Positions 1 through 8,858 of a stretch of 64,000 bases of DNA are shown in pieces. Within the stretch, counting starts at the first letter, position 1. Every line of letters begins with the position of its first letter. The notes beneath the pieces were generated by a model. That model was given only the letters and a program-made list of their open reading frames with translations. It did no database searches and had not been told where the DNA came from. Made by a program: the position numbers and the translations under genes. The DNA is taken from assembly GCA_020724585.1 (NCBI GenBank), contig DYGS01000001.1, positions 559,027-623,026 of the forward strand. Direction: 5' to 3'. The stretch comes from Candidatus Microgenomatus sp. (GTDB lineage Bacteria > Patescibacteriota > Microgenomatia > UBA8517).

Positions 1-430
1 TTTCGTGTAAAAACGAAGATATCGCATTAATCAAACCAAGACCTGGAGAAATCAAATATCCCGCAGCAATTGATACTCCATCAATGAAATTGTGAATGGT
101 ATCCCCGATCACTACAAAAATAGAAGATGATTTTTTAATTCTATGCCCAGTCTGCTGATCATGGTGGTGCAATCCAAAAAACACTTTCTCAAATATAAAA
201 ATTAAAACAAAAGAGATTGCGGCAATCAAAAATGCAGTTTCTCCCAACTCCTCAAAAGATTCAGGCATCAAGCCAAAAATAGAAACCGTAATTAAAACTC
301 CCGATGCAAATGAAACAGAATATTTTTGCAAAAGATGTGAAAGCTTTTGATTATATAAAAATAAGACGCCTCCTATTAAGCCAAGTGCACCTCCCAGTAA
401 TGACAATAAAATCAGATTGACTGAATCCAT
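1..430 (-). CDS. ZIP-family divalent metal transporter (ZupT-like); partial, C-terminus lies beyond window start
   Basis: Manual minus-strand translation from ATG at 430..428: MDSVNLILLSLLGGALGLIGG...FGLHHHDQQTGH...GDTIHNFIDGVSIAAGYLISPGLG. His-rich loop and HNFxDG motif are typical of ZIP/ZupT. Open to position 1; absent from ORF track because it runs off the edge. Confidence 0.55.
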   Translation of the reverse strand, partial: MDSVNLILLSLLGGALGLIGGVLFLYNQKLSHLLQKYSVSFASGVLITVSIFGLMPESFEELGETAFLIAAISFVLIFIFEKVFFGLHHHDQQTGHRIKKSSSIFVVIGDTIHNFIDGVSIAAGYLISPGLGLINAISSFLHE

Positions 431-440
431 AAAAAAGTAA

Positions 441-1517
441 TTATAGCGCCAAAACAAGAGAAATCAAGATTAGAACAGCTCCAATCCCTGCCCCAAAAAG
501 TGTTGGTATATTAACTCCAGTTTCAGGAACAGGAAAGGAAGTCGCCGAAGCTGTCGCAGAGGGCTTCACTGTTGGGGTTTTTGTTGATGAGCTTCCAGTT
601 GATGTTGATGTCGAGGTCGCCGTCTGAGTTGGAGTTTTAGTTGATTGTCCTGTTGAGGTAGCCGTGCTAGTTGCTGTGGCGGTTGGAGATTGGGAAGAAC
701 TTGAGCTCCCAAATGTAAAGTTTGCAACTTGTGAACCTGAATCACAACCTTCACGACTCCAAGTTACTACTCTCCAATAATATTTTGTGCCCGCAACAAG
801 CCCTGTTAACTCGTATTCACCAACACCTTCCTGCATTGTCTGATCGTCAACAAGACAGTTAGCTGCTCCGCCCGCAGAGCAATTACCCGTCGGATCCTGA
901 TTTTTACTCACCCAAAGCCTTGAGACGCCACCAGTCCCTGGCGTCCACTTAAGTTTTGCGGTTGTTGAAGATGTCTCTTCAACAGTTAAGCCTGTGGGGC
1001 CTGTGATATTACAGGTACAAGCAGACATATCTGTCGTCCAGGATCCGCCTGCTCTTGGGCAGCAATATTCTCGAATATTACTGCCAAGGCCACAAATCTC
1101 GACTCTGCCCGCTACATTACAAAGACTAATCTGAGCGTTATTGTTTTCATCGGGAGGGTTACAAGACACAAGTGCACCATCAGACCTTGGACACTGGACA
1201 ATTGTTTCAGGATTTTCACAATTGCCTTCGGCTCTTTCTCTGACATCTTGCTGTTGACGAACCAAGAAAATCCCAGCAATTACACCAATAGCCAAAACCA
1301 CAATTCCAATAATGGCACTAATTATTTTCCAATCAGGTTTTTTACCCTTGGAAGACGAAAGCCCAACAACCTTAATGTCAGCATCAGCCATATTATCTAA
1401 TAATGTCATAGTTTGGCCATTGAAATCAATAGTAAATTTGGGTGTAATAGTCTTCATGACAAAATACAAGGAATATTTTGACAGGATGATAAATGACAAC
1501 AAAGAGATTTTTGACAA
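441..1517 (-). CDS. membrane-anchored surface protein: N-terminal TM, Cys-rich module, FN3-like module, Ser/Thr-rich linker, C-terminal VPETG plus hydrophobic tail (sortase-like sorting signal)
   Basis: 358-aa ORF. TM ISAIIGIVVLAIGVIAGIFLV. Cys-rich NCENPETIVQCPRSDGALVSCNPP...EICGLG...EYCCP. KLKWTPGTGG FN3-like. TATATSTATSTGQST low complexity. C-term PVPETGVNIPTLFGAGIGAVLILISLVLAL. Alternative ATG start at 1457 (MKTIT). Confidence 0.5.
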   Translation of the reverse strand: MSKISLLSFIILSKYSLYFVMKTITPKFTIDFNGQTMTLLDNMADADIKVVGLSSSKGKKPDWKIISAIIGIVVLAIGVIAGIFLVRQQQDVRERAEGNCENPETIVQCPRSDGALVSCNPPDENNNAQISLCNVAGRVEICGLGSNIREYCCPRAGGSWTTDMSACTCNITGPTGLTVEETSSTTAKLKWTPGTGGVSRLWVSKNQDPTGNCSAGGAANCLVDDQTMQEGVGEYELTGLVAGTKYYWRVVTWSREGCDSGSQVANFTFGSSSSSQSPTATATSTATSTGQSTKTPTQTATSTSTSTGSSSTKTPTVKPSATASATSFPVPETGVNIPTLFGAGIGAVLILISLVLAL

Positions 1518-1794
1518 TTTTTTACAGCTCCACCAAAGTTATTCTATAAACCAGGAAGATCTGCAAGAGAGATTTAACCAGGAAGGCGGAGAGGTTTTAA
1601 AAATTATCAAAGAATGGGAAAATAAACTATGTAGTCAAAGCGAAAAAGCTGGCTATGGCAGTTTTACATCAAACTTATCTGAAAAATTTTGGGCAGAAGT
1701 TAGGAAAATGCTCCCACTAATAGACTACATTGGGATTATAGCTAAAAAGGAGCCACAGTTTAGTATTAAAAAAATAAATCTTTCAAAGGTTTAG
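1456..1794 (+). CDS. hypothetical protein (112 aa from internal Met of ORF 1312..1794)
   Basis: Upstream part of the track ORF overlaps the minus-strand surface-protein gene. Taking the internal ATG at 1456 avoids the overlap. Convergent with cysS; no recognisable motif. Confidence 0.3.
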   Translation: MTKYKEYFDRMINDNKEIFDNFLQLHQSYSINQEDLQERFNQEGGEVLKIIKEWENKLCSQSEKAGYGSFTSNLSEKFWAEVRKMLPLIDYIGIIAKKEPQFSIKKINLSKV

Positions 1795-3024
1795 TCCTAA
1801 AACTTCATCAAAAGATTTTACCGAATCATATTTATCCTCGCTTGGAATATTGCTTTTTAATACCTCAAATAAAGTAGCTAATGCCTTACTAGTGTTTAAA
1901 TCGTCATTAATTGCACCCATAAACTTTGTTCTAAATTCTTCAATTTTATTTTCCTTGTCTTCAGATAAAATTGTTCTACCTTTCCCATTTTTTAAAATCT
2001 CGACCTGCTGTTTAAGACGCATAAGTCCTTTAGCTGAAGCATCAAGTGATTCCCAAGTAAAATTCATGGGTTTTTTATAGTGAGTATTTAAATAAAGATA
2101 CCTCAAAGCCATTGGGTCGTATTCTTTATCAATAACATCCTGCAAAGTAAAATAGTTACCCAAAGATTTACTCATTTTAGTTCCATTAACTATTAAAAAT
2201 GCGTGGTGCACCCAAAACTTACTGAATGGAATTTTGCCTGTTGCGCCTTCGCTTTGTGCAATTTCATTAGGATGGTGAATTGACAAATGATCTTCCCCGC
2301 CTGTATGTATATCAATTTGCTCACCTAAATACTTCATACTCATCGAGGAGCATTCAATGTGCCACCCCGGAAAACCATCGCCCCAAGGACTGTCCCAATG
2401 CATAACATGGTCTTTAAAATGGTTTACTCTTTTAAACCAAAGAGCAAAATCTGATGGGTTTCTTTTATTCTTATCTGTTTTCACTCGTTCCCTAACGCCT
2501 ATTCGCTTTTCGCTAATTTGTTGTCCAAATAGACTTCCGTAGCCTTCAAACTTTGAAGTGTCAAAATATACTGCCTCATATGTATCATATGCATAGCCAT
2601 TTTTAAATAACTTTTCTATTAATTCAATTTGTTCTTTTATGTGATCTGTTGCCCTACAAATAACATCAGGTCTTAAAATATTTAAGGCATCCATTGACTC
2701 ATAAAAGTTATTTGTAAAAAATTCTGCAACTTCCCAAACTGTTTTATTTTGTTTTTGTGCACCTTTTTCAAGTTTATCTTGACCGGTATCAGCATCCGAT
2801 ACTAAATGCCCCACATCAGTAACATTTTGGACATGTTTGACTTTGTAGCCATTGTAAATAAGTGTTCTTTTTAAAATATCATCCATTACATATTTTCTAC
2901 CATGCCCTATATGGGCATAGTCATAAACAGTCATACCGCAGGTATATAGCTTTACTTCTTTGGGGCTAATTGGAGTAAAAACTTCCTTTTTCTTTGTTAA
3001 TGAGTTATATAATAAAAAATCCAT
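1783..3024 (-). CDS. cysS: cysteinyl-tRNA synthetase
   Basis: HIGH motif (YAHIGHGR), KMSKS motif (KMSKSLGN), class I aaRS layout and N-terminal similarity to CysS. Confidence 0.9.
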   Translation of the reverse strand: MDFLLYNSLTKKKEVFTPISPKEVKLYTCGMTVYDYAHIGHGRKYVMDDILKRTLIYNGYKVKHVQNVTDVGHLVSDADTGQDKLEKGAQKQNKTVWEVAEFFTNNFYESMDALNILRPDVICRATDHIKEQIELIEKLFKNGYAYDTYEAVYFDTSKFEGYGSLFGQQISEKRIGVRERVKTDKNKRNPSDFALWFKRVNHFKDHVMHWDSPWGDGFPGWHIECSSMSMKYLGEQIDIHTGGEDHLSIHHPNEIAQSEGATGKIPFSKFWVHHAFLIVNGTKMSKSLGNYFTLQDVIDKEYDPMALRYLYLNTHYKKPMNFTWESLDASAKGLMRLKQQVEILKNGKGRTILSEDKENKIEEFRTKFMGAINDDLNTSKALATLFEVLKSNIPSEDKYDSVKSFDEVLGLNL

Positions 3025-3036
3025 ATCTATTTATAA

Positions 3037-3519
3037 TCATATCTTATTTTCAGTACGATTGCTCCAACTATTTATTATCGTTCTCATGTCCTGCTTTATT
3101 CTTAGAAAAGTTTTATCGGTTATTTTTTCATCCCCGACCTGCGACATCACACCACTAAGTAAATTTCCAAGATTTCGCATATTTTTCCTGGCCAATTTAC
3201 CACCGACTTTAAGTATATATTCGTAATCTAGTGTTTCATCAAGAATTTCTTTTCCAATTCGTTCAGATGTAAAAGCTGCACCAACCACACTTGGGATCGG
3301 GGGCAACACTTTGAGATATTTCCAAAAGGGCAACTTTTTGTAATCTATAAACTCACCAGCCCTCTGAATCAAATAATAACCACGTATGTATAATTTCAAT
3401 ACTTCACTTTCTTCTACCGTAAGTTTCACATGTTGCTCAGCGATTTTTGCGCCGAACTTAGAAACAATCTCTGAGTCACTCAAATTACCTCTTATACATA
3501 TATTTTCCAAATATCCCAT
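3037..3519 (-). CDS. hypothetical protein
   Basis: 160-aa ORF, same strand as neighbours, no recognised motif. Confidence 0.4.
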   Translation of the reverse strand: MGYLENICIRGNLSDSEIVSKFGAKIAEQHVKLTVEESEVLKLYIRGYYLIQRAGEFIDYKKLPFWKYLKVLPPIPSVVGAAFTSERIGKEILDETLDYEYILKVGGKLARKNMRNLGNLLSGVMSQVGDEKITDKTFLRIKQDMRTIINSWSNRTENKI

Positions 3520-3561
3520 GTGCTATTGTATCACTTTGGCCATAAACTTAGAATTTATAAC

Positions 3562-4092
3562 TTATCCGCTTGGTGGTACTGGCTTTTCTACTCTTGTGGT
3601 TTGTTTTTGAGCTGACTGCTTCTTGCCAAAAACCATTCTTCTTCCTTGTTTTGCGTTAGGTTCTATAAATCCGATATTTGCCTTTTCGTCGCTTTCTTTT
3701 TTGGCATTTATGTTTTCTAAGTGGGCTTTTAAGACTTCTCTTTGTTCGGCTGATAACTCTTGAAATTCTTCGATAGATACTTCAACCCCCGACTGGATTT
3801 TGGCAAGTAATTCGTTAAATAATTTTTGCCTTCTGATATCTCTAAGTTCTGATTCTAATGCTTCTAGTTTTCTGCCATCTTGCTCTGCAATTTGTTTTTC
3901 ATATTCTTGGTTTTGAGGCTGTTTTTCTGTTTTTGACTCATCACTCTTATCCTCGTATCCTCTTTCCTCATCAGTTATCTGCTTTCTTGCAGTTTTTAAT
4001 ATTTCAAGGGGTTCATTGGCAAACTGCTGGGCCATTTTTTTGATGTTTTGTTTAACTTGTTGTGTGGCAGTATTCATATTTTTTAGTGTCAA
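3562..4092 (-). CDS. hypothetical charged (E/K/Q-rich) probable coiled-coil protein
   Basis: 176-aa ORF. Track start is TTG at 4092; the in-frame ATG at 4077 (MNTATQQ) is more likely. Confidence 0.4.
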   Translation of the reverse strand: MTLKNMNTATQQVKQNIKKMAQQFANEPLEILKTARKQITDEERGYEDKSDESKTEKQPQNQEYEKQIAEQDGRKLEALESELRDIRRQKLFNELLAKIQSGVEVSIEEFQELSAEQREVLKAHLENINAKKESDEKANIGFIEPNAKQGRRMVFGKKQSAQKQTTRVEKPVPPSG

Positions 4093-4113
4093 GTATCAGG
4101 TGTCAAGTGTCAA
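4087..4113 (-). promoter_or_regulatory. three direct copies of TTGACA within 27 nt immediately upstream of the 4077 start codon (possible promoter -35 cluster)
   Basis: Minus-strand read: TTGACAcTTGACAcctgatacTTGACActaaaaaatATG. Second copy + 17-nt spacer + AAAAAT would abut the ATG, so function is unclear. Confidence 0.25.
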
Positions 4114-4129
4114 GTATTACTATCGCAGT

Positions 4130-4272
4130 TTTGTCATTACGAGCAAACAAAATGAGCGTGGCAATCTCTCTTATAGCAAGCATAAAACAAAATGTTGCTT
4201 TTTTGTGCGAGATATATAGTCATTTTGTTTTGATATGACTATAGATTGCTTCATCTCATTCGCAATGACACT
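4130..4272. repeat. MITE-like dispersed repeat, long version, bounded by 10-11 bp terminal inverted repeats GTCATTACGAG...TCGCAATGAC
   Basis: Shares its core (GCTTTTTTGTGYGAGATATATAGYCATTTTGTTTTGA) with 29040-29095, and its right end plus TIR with 62880-62945. Confidence 0.5.
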
Positions 4273-4885
4273 ATAGTGTTCTACGGCCTTCAAGTGCTTG
4301 ATTTAAAGTTTGCTCATCTGCATATTCCAAATCAGCCCCCGTAGGAATCCCCATTCCAAGTCTAGTTATTTTGATTTTTTGATTTTTTGATTCTTTGAGT
4401 TTTTTACTAATATACATAGCAGTCGCTTCCCCCTCCATTGTTGGATTTGTAGCAATTATAATTTCTTCGAGTTTTGGAGTTTTTTCAGTTTTGATTCTTT
4501 CAAGCAGGGCTTGAATATATATCTCGTCCGGTCCAATATTTTCCAATGGGTTAATAACTCCGTGCAAAACATGGTAGAGACCTTTGTATTTCCCGCTTCT
4601 TTCGAAAGCCAAAAGATCAAGAGGTGATTCAACAATTAAACATGTGGTTTGATCGCGAGCTGAGTCAGAACAAATTGCACAAGGGTCAATTTGATCGATG
4701 TTTTTACAAACTGAGCAAAGAACTGTGTCTTTTTTCAAATCGCCCACTGATTTTGCAAAATCGTCAAGTTGATTTTGAGGCACTCGAAGAAGATAATACG
4801 CAAGCCTCTGGGCTGATTTGGGACCTATTCCCGGCAATTTTTCAAAAGACTCAATTAGTGAGGATATTGCCTTGGGGATTTTCAT
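4271..4885 (-). CDS. recR: recombination protein RecR
   Basis: HhH (LPGIGPKSAQRLA), C4 zinc finger (CSVC...CAIC), Toprim-like C-terminal half; downstream of dnaX-ybaB as in the classic operon. Confidence 0.9.
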   Translation of the reverse strand: MKIPKAISSLIESFEKLPGIGPKSAQRLAYYLLRVPQNQLDDFAKSVGDLKKDTVLCSVCKNIDQIDPCAICSDSARDQTTCLIVESPLDLLAFERSGKYKGLYHVLHGVINPLENIGPDEIYIQALLERIKTEKTPKLEEIIIATNPTMEGEATAMYISKKLKESKNQKIKITRLGMGIPTGADLEYADEQTLNQALEGRRTL

Positions 4886-4891
4886 ATAAAA

Positions 4892-5179
4892 CTACTTTCC
4901 TAAATTTCCAAGAAGGCCTGAAAGTCCGCCGCCCATCTCCATCATTTTTTTAGCGGCTTCTTTTTGTACTTTCTTCATAGCTTCGTTGATAAGATCAACC
5001 AAAGCATTAAAATCTTCTCCGTCTTTTTTAATATATCTAATTTTTTGGTCACCCGTCACAGAAACAGTCCAACCATTTTTTTCCAAAGTCTCAACTATCT
5101 TTTCCAGCTCCTTTTGAAGGGCACTGGCTTGCTGACGCATCTTGTTTAATTCACCAAGTTGTTTAAATTTATCCCACAT
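4892..5179 (-). CDS. ybaB: nucleoid-associated protein YbaB/EbfC
   Basis: 95 aa, MMEMGGGLSGLLG C-terminal pattern, between dnaX and recR. Confidence 0.85.
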   Translation of the reverse strand: MWDKFKQLGELNKMRQQASALQKELEKIVETLEKNGWTVSVTGDQKIRYIKKDGEDFNALVDLINEAMKKVQKEAAKKMMEMGGGLSGLLGNLGK

Positions 5180-5188
5180 ATTTTCGTA

Positions 5189-5515
5189 TCAACTAAATAA
5201 TTCCTCCGCAGACTTAAGTATATTATCGTTGCCCACCTCGGTCAATACCGGATTGGAAGCACTATCTGAAGGCGGGTCAATTAAAAGACATTCAAATCTT
5301 ACATTTTTATTAAAGATGTCCGTGGCTGTATTTTCTAAAATTTGCCTATTTCGCGACTCCTCTAGCATATCTTTATGAAATTTATAGCACACTCCAAGCT
5401 TTATTCTCTCACCGTCAAATTCCAGCGGTTTTGACGAAACCAGCAAACTTGATACAGACAAGCTAACAGCTCTGACTCTTTCAATTAATTTAGACCAAGA
5501 AGACTCATCCACCAT
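5189..5515 (-). CDS. hypothetical protein, translationally coupled to dnaX (TAATG overlap); possibly a detached DnaX C-terminal module
   Basis: ATG at 5515..5513 overlaps the dnaX stop TAA at 5517..5515; 108 aa, no motif. Confidence 0.4.
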   Translation of the reverse strand: MVDESSWSKLIERVRAVSLSVSSLLVSSKPLEFDGERIKLGVCYKFHKDMLEESRNRQILENTATDIFNKNVRFECLLIDPPSDSASNPVLTEVGNDNILKSAEELFS

Positions 5516-6513
5516 TAACTTATCTTACACCACTTGATAACTGCCATTTCAAGAGGCAATTCTTCAATTGGGGAAAATTTGCTAAGTTCTTGGGATTTTA
5601 AAAGTAATTCAATCAAATGAATTTCAGATTCACTTTTATTTTCGATTATTCTACTTCGCAGTAAACTAACTAATTTTTGCAAAATATCATTAACGGTGTT
5701 TCCGTTTTTGATTGATTCATTCAAATAAACTAAAGATTTTTCAACATTTTTTTTGAGTATCAAATCCAATAGTAATTTTTCATCAAAATCAAGCAAGTTT
5801 TTCAAAACATTTTTATCTATTGAAAATATTTCCAAAATTTTGACAGCGTCTCTAAATGAACCGCCTGCCCTATTTATAATCTGTTTTATCTCTCGATCAC
5901 TAATTACCAATTTCTCCTTTTTAATTATCCTTTCTAGGGATCTTTTTAACTCTTCTTCAGTAGCATTTGTAAAATTAATTATGAATGTTCTGCTTTTTAT
6001 TGTATTGATGATTTTTTCAGGATTAGTGGTTGCCAAGATAAAATAAACATGAGAAGGCGGTTCCTCAAGAGTTTTTAAAAGAGCATTTGAAGCCTCAGTC
6101 GTCAACATGTGTGCCTCATCAATAATATAAACTTTTGCCTTTGCTTTCGAAGGCGCTAATTTTACCGACTCAATAAGTATTCTGATGTCCTCTATACCTC
6201 GGTTGCTGGCGGCATCTATTTCAATTACATCCATATTCGCACCATCTGTAATAGAAATACATGTTTTGCACTGATTACACGGTTCGAATTCTTCCTTTTT
6301 TCTGTCTCCTCGTTTTTCGCAATTAATTGCCTTAGCTACAATTCTTGCCGTAGAGGTTTTTCCTGTGCCTTTTGGGCCCGAAAACAAGAAGGCGTGTGGA
6401 ATATTTTCCGATTGCAAAATATTTTTGAGGCCTAGCCTTACCGATTCAATATCCAAATCTTGGACTGTCTGTGGTCTGTATTTTAAATAAAAAGTCATAT
6501 ACATTGCAATCAC
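5515..6513 (-). CDS. dnaX: DNA polymerase III subunit gamma/tau (short form, domains I-III)
   Basis: Walker A GPKGTGKTS, zinc module CxxC (CEKRG...CNQCKTC), DEAH-like IIDEAHML, sensor motifs. Confidence 0.85.
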   Translation of the reverse strand: MIAMYMTFYLKYRPQTVQDLDIESVRLGLKNILQSENIPHAFLFSGPKGTGKTSTARIVAKAINCEKRGDRKKEEFEPCNQCKTCISITDGANMDVIEIDAASNRGIEDIRILIESVKLAPSKAKAKVYIIDEAHMLTTEASNALLKTLEEPPSHVYFILATTNPEKIINTIKSRTFIINFTNATEEELKRSLERIIKKEKLVISDREIKQIINRAGGSFRDAVKILEIFSIDKNVLKNLLDFDEKLLLDLILKKNVEKSLVYLNESIKNGNTVNDILQKLVSLLRSRIIENKSESEIHLIELLLKSQELSKFSPIEELPLEMAVIKWCKIS

Positions 6514-6830
6514 ACTTGTTTATGATGTTTTCCTATTATATGCTTTGCCGAATGGATTAGTAAATCATATAACTCTTTTTGGGTTTTGATTGCATCCAGA
6601 CATACAACAATTTCTTTTAATTCCTCAAACGAAAAAATGTTATGAAGTTTTTGGTCTTTCTTATAATATTTTTTAGCAATTTCAAGCATTGTTTTTTTGC
6701 CAACAAATGCAACGGAAATATTTAAATTTTTTTTCCCCTCTTTTTGAAAAAAACTTTCTAAAACTCGCTTAACCTTGGGTATATTTATTTTATATCTAGA
6801 ATTTTCCTTAAAAATTTGGATTTTAATCAT
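6510..6830 (-). CDS. ybeY: YbeY-like rRNA maturation endoribonuclease (short)
   Basis: N-terminal region resembles YbeY (ISVAFVGKKTMLEIAKKYYKKDQKLHNIFSF vs ...NLTYRGKDKPTNVLSFP). C-terminal His cluster HSAKHIIGKHH vs HGxLHLxGYDH. Only 106 aa. Confidence 0.45.
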   Translation of the reverse strand: MIKIQIFKENSRYKINIPKVKRVLESFFQKEGKKNLNISVAFVGKKTMLEIAKKYYKKDQKLHNIFSFEELKEIVVCLDAIKTQKELYDLLIHSAKHIIGKHHKQV

Positions 6831-6837
6831 TTAAATT

Positions 6838-7308
6838 CTAACTTCTGGATTCTAATTTCTGTTTTACGATATTTGCAACCAATGTCCCATCCATGCTTGG
6901 TGCTTTTGCTTTAATCACTCCCATTACTTTCCCCATGTCTTTTATGCCGGAAGGATTTACCAAGTTTATTGATTCTTCAACCAACTTGCCAATCTCTTCC
7001 CTAGATAATTCCGGCGGCAAAAACTGTTGCAGTATTTTTAGCTCATCTTTTTCATTTTGCAAATTTTCACTTGCTTGGAGATTTTGAGTTTTTGAATCTT
7101 GGATTTTTGTCAATATTTCTATTGCCTCTCTTCTCTTTTTTATTTCCCTTCTTATAACTCTTTCTTCATCTTTATCTTCAAGATCTTTTTGCAGTCTTAT
7201 TTTTTCGTAATTAAACTCAGACAAAAGCATTCGAAGTGTTGAAAGTAACACCACATCTTTTGCCTTCATGGCCTCCCCAATTTTATTCTGTAGTGTGTTT
7301 GCTATCAT
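6838..7308 (-). CDS. yqeY: GatB/YqeY domain protein
   Basis: AMKAKDVVLLSTLRMLLSEF and overall 150-aa YqeY pattern. Confidence 0.75.
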   Translation of the reverse strand: MIANTLQNKIGEAMKAKDVVLLSTLRMLLSEFNYEKIRLQKDLEDKDEERVIRREIKKRREAIEILTKIQDSKTQNLQASENLQNEKDELKILQQFLPPELSREEIGKLVEESINLVNPSGIKDMGKVMGVIKAKAPSMDGTLVANIVKQKLESRS

Positions 7309-7640
7309 GTTTTCTTTAATATATCATCCTCATCTTCCAGTTTCCCTGCCAACAAATGCCAATGTACATGCATAACTTCTTGATATTTACCCCCATTAAA
7401 TATAAGCTTATAACCATCAACAATCTCAAACTTTTTAATAACTTCTTGAGCAGTTTTCGTAATTGATAATATTTCTGAATCCAATTCCATAAAACTAGCT
7501 ATATGTTTTTTGGGGCAAACTAAATAATGATGTTCTGCAACTGGAGCAATAGTTTTAAAAACTATCACATCCTCATTCTCAAAAATAATATTACTAGGAA
7601 TTTCCTTTTTAACAATTTTACAAAACACACAATCTTCCAT
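7305..7640 (-). CDS. HIT-family (histidine triad) nucleotide hydrolase
   Basis: CVFCKI N-terminus, HxHxH triad HVHWHLL. Confidence 0.8.
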   Translation of the reverse strand: MEDCVFCKIVKKEIPSNIIFENEDVIVFKTIAPVAEHHYLVCPKKHIASFMELDSEILSITKTAQEVIKKFEIVDGYKLIFNGGKYQEVMHVHWHLLAGKLEDEDDILKKT

Positions 7641-7642
7641 AA

Positions 7643-8836
7643 TTACTTTAAGTTTTTTAATATATCATCAAAGCTTAAGAGTTCGACTTTATCTGAGTTT
7701 CTTTCTTTAAATTCAATTTTGTCTCCAGTTTTGTCTGATACTACAAGTCTTACTGGAATACCAATCAAATCACAATCTTTAAACTTTTCACCCGCACCAA
7801 CATCTCTATCATCAAATAACACATCTAAGTTATTCGCTTTTAGTTTTTCATAGGTTTCCTCACCCTTACCATTTAAACCAACCAAATGTACATCAAATGG
7901 AGTTATTTCTTTACTCCAAATTATTCCTTTATCATCATGTGATACTTCTACCCAAGTACCCATAACACGAGTTGGTCCAATACCGTAACTACCAAACCAT
8001 ACAGGTTTCTTATCTCCATTTTTATCAGTGAAATACATTTTCATTTTCTCCGCATACCAAGTTCCAAGAGGAAAAATATTACCAACTTCAATTGATTTTG
8101 CACTCGTATAATCATTTTTATCTCCCTTAAAAATCTCTTCATTTATAGCTTCGCTATCATCATCTTTCCAATAAATAGTATCTTCCCCAGCTTTACTTAA
8201 AACTTGAAACTCATGGGTAAATTTATCTGTAAACACCCCGCCTGATGCCTTTGCAATCTTAAAGTTAAAACCTAATCTTGTAAATATTTTTGAGTATGCT
8301 CCTTTTACTTTTTCATAATATTCCATCAAATCTTCTTCAGTTGTATGAGCAGAATATAGATCTTTCATCATAAACTCACGGCCCCTCAAAATTCCTGATT
8401 TTGCTCTTAACTCGTTTCTAAATTTAGTTGAAAAATGATAGACAGCTTGAGGCAAATCTTTGTAGCTATTAATAGTCTTACGAAGCAGATCCATTACAAT
8501 TTCTTCATGGGTAAAAGATAGTACATACTCCTTATCGTGGGCATCTTTTAATTTATACATAATCTCATTTGCTTTATCCCATCTACCTGTTTCACCCCAA
8601 ATTGATTTTGGATGCAAAAGTGGCATAAGCATTTCTTGCCCACTAACTGCATTAATTTCTTCTCTGATTATTTGATTAATTTTATTTACCACTTTCCAGC
8701 CCATCGGAAGTAATGTCCAACTGCCTGCCATGAGTTGATCCATAAATCCTGCTCGAACCAAAAGTCTATGATTCACACTTTCAGCATCTTTAGGCACTTC
8801 TTTTTTAGTTTTTGGAAATAATTGACTCTGCAACAT
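7643..8836 (-). CDS. proS: prolyl-tRNA synthetase, minimal form without editing insertion
   Basis: Class II motifs, N-terminal LFPKTKKEVPKDAESVNHRLLVRAGF like ProS, C-terminal anticodon-binding domain. 397 aa vs ~570 typical. Confidence 0.85.
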   Translation of the reverse strand: MLQSQLFPKTKKEVPKDAESVNHRLLVRAGFMDQLMAGSWTLLPMGWKVVNKINQIIREEINAVSGQEMLMPLLHPKSIWGETGRWDKANEIMYKLKDAHDKEYVLSFTHEEIVMDLLRKTINSYKDLPQAVYHFSTKFRNELRAKSGILRGREFMMKDLYSAHTTEEDLMEYYEKVKGAYSKIFTRLGFNFKIAKASGGVFTDKFTHEFQVLSKAGEDTIYWKDDDSEAINEEIFKGDKNDYTSAKSIEVGNIFPLGTWYAEKMKMYFTDKNGDKKPVWFGSYGIGPTRVMGTWVEVSHDDKGIIWSKEITPFDVHLVGLNGKGEETYEKLKANNLDVLFDDRDVGAGEKFKDCDLIGIPVRLVVSDKTGDKIEFKERNSDKVELLSFDDILKNLK

Positions 8837-8858
8837 AAAGCTAATCTTATTTATTGTA

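Noticed and set aside
566-754. Assorted 60-120-aa ORFs antisense to or nested in clearly assigned genes (e.g. 566-754, 1850-2080, 5753-6046, 20063-20329, 23621-23833, 24514-24882, 47803-48058)
   Set aside because: Embedded in or opposite to strongly supported CDSs; AT-rich genomes generate many such spurious frames.
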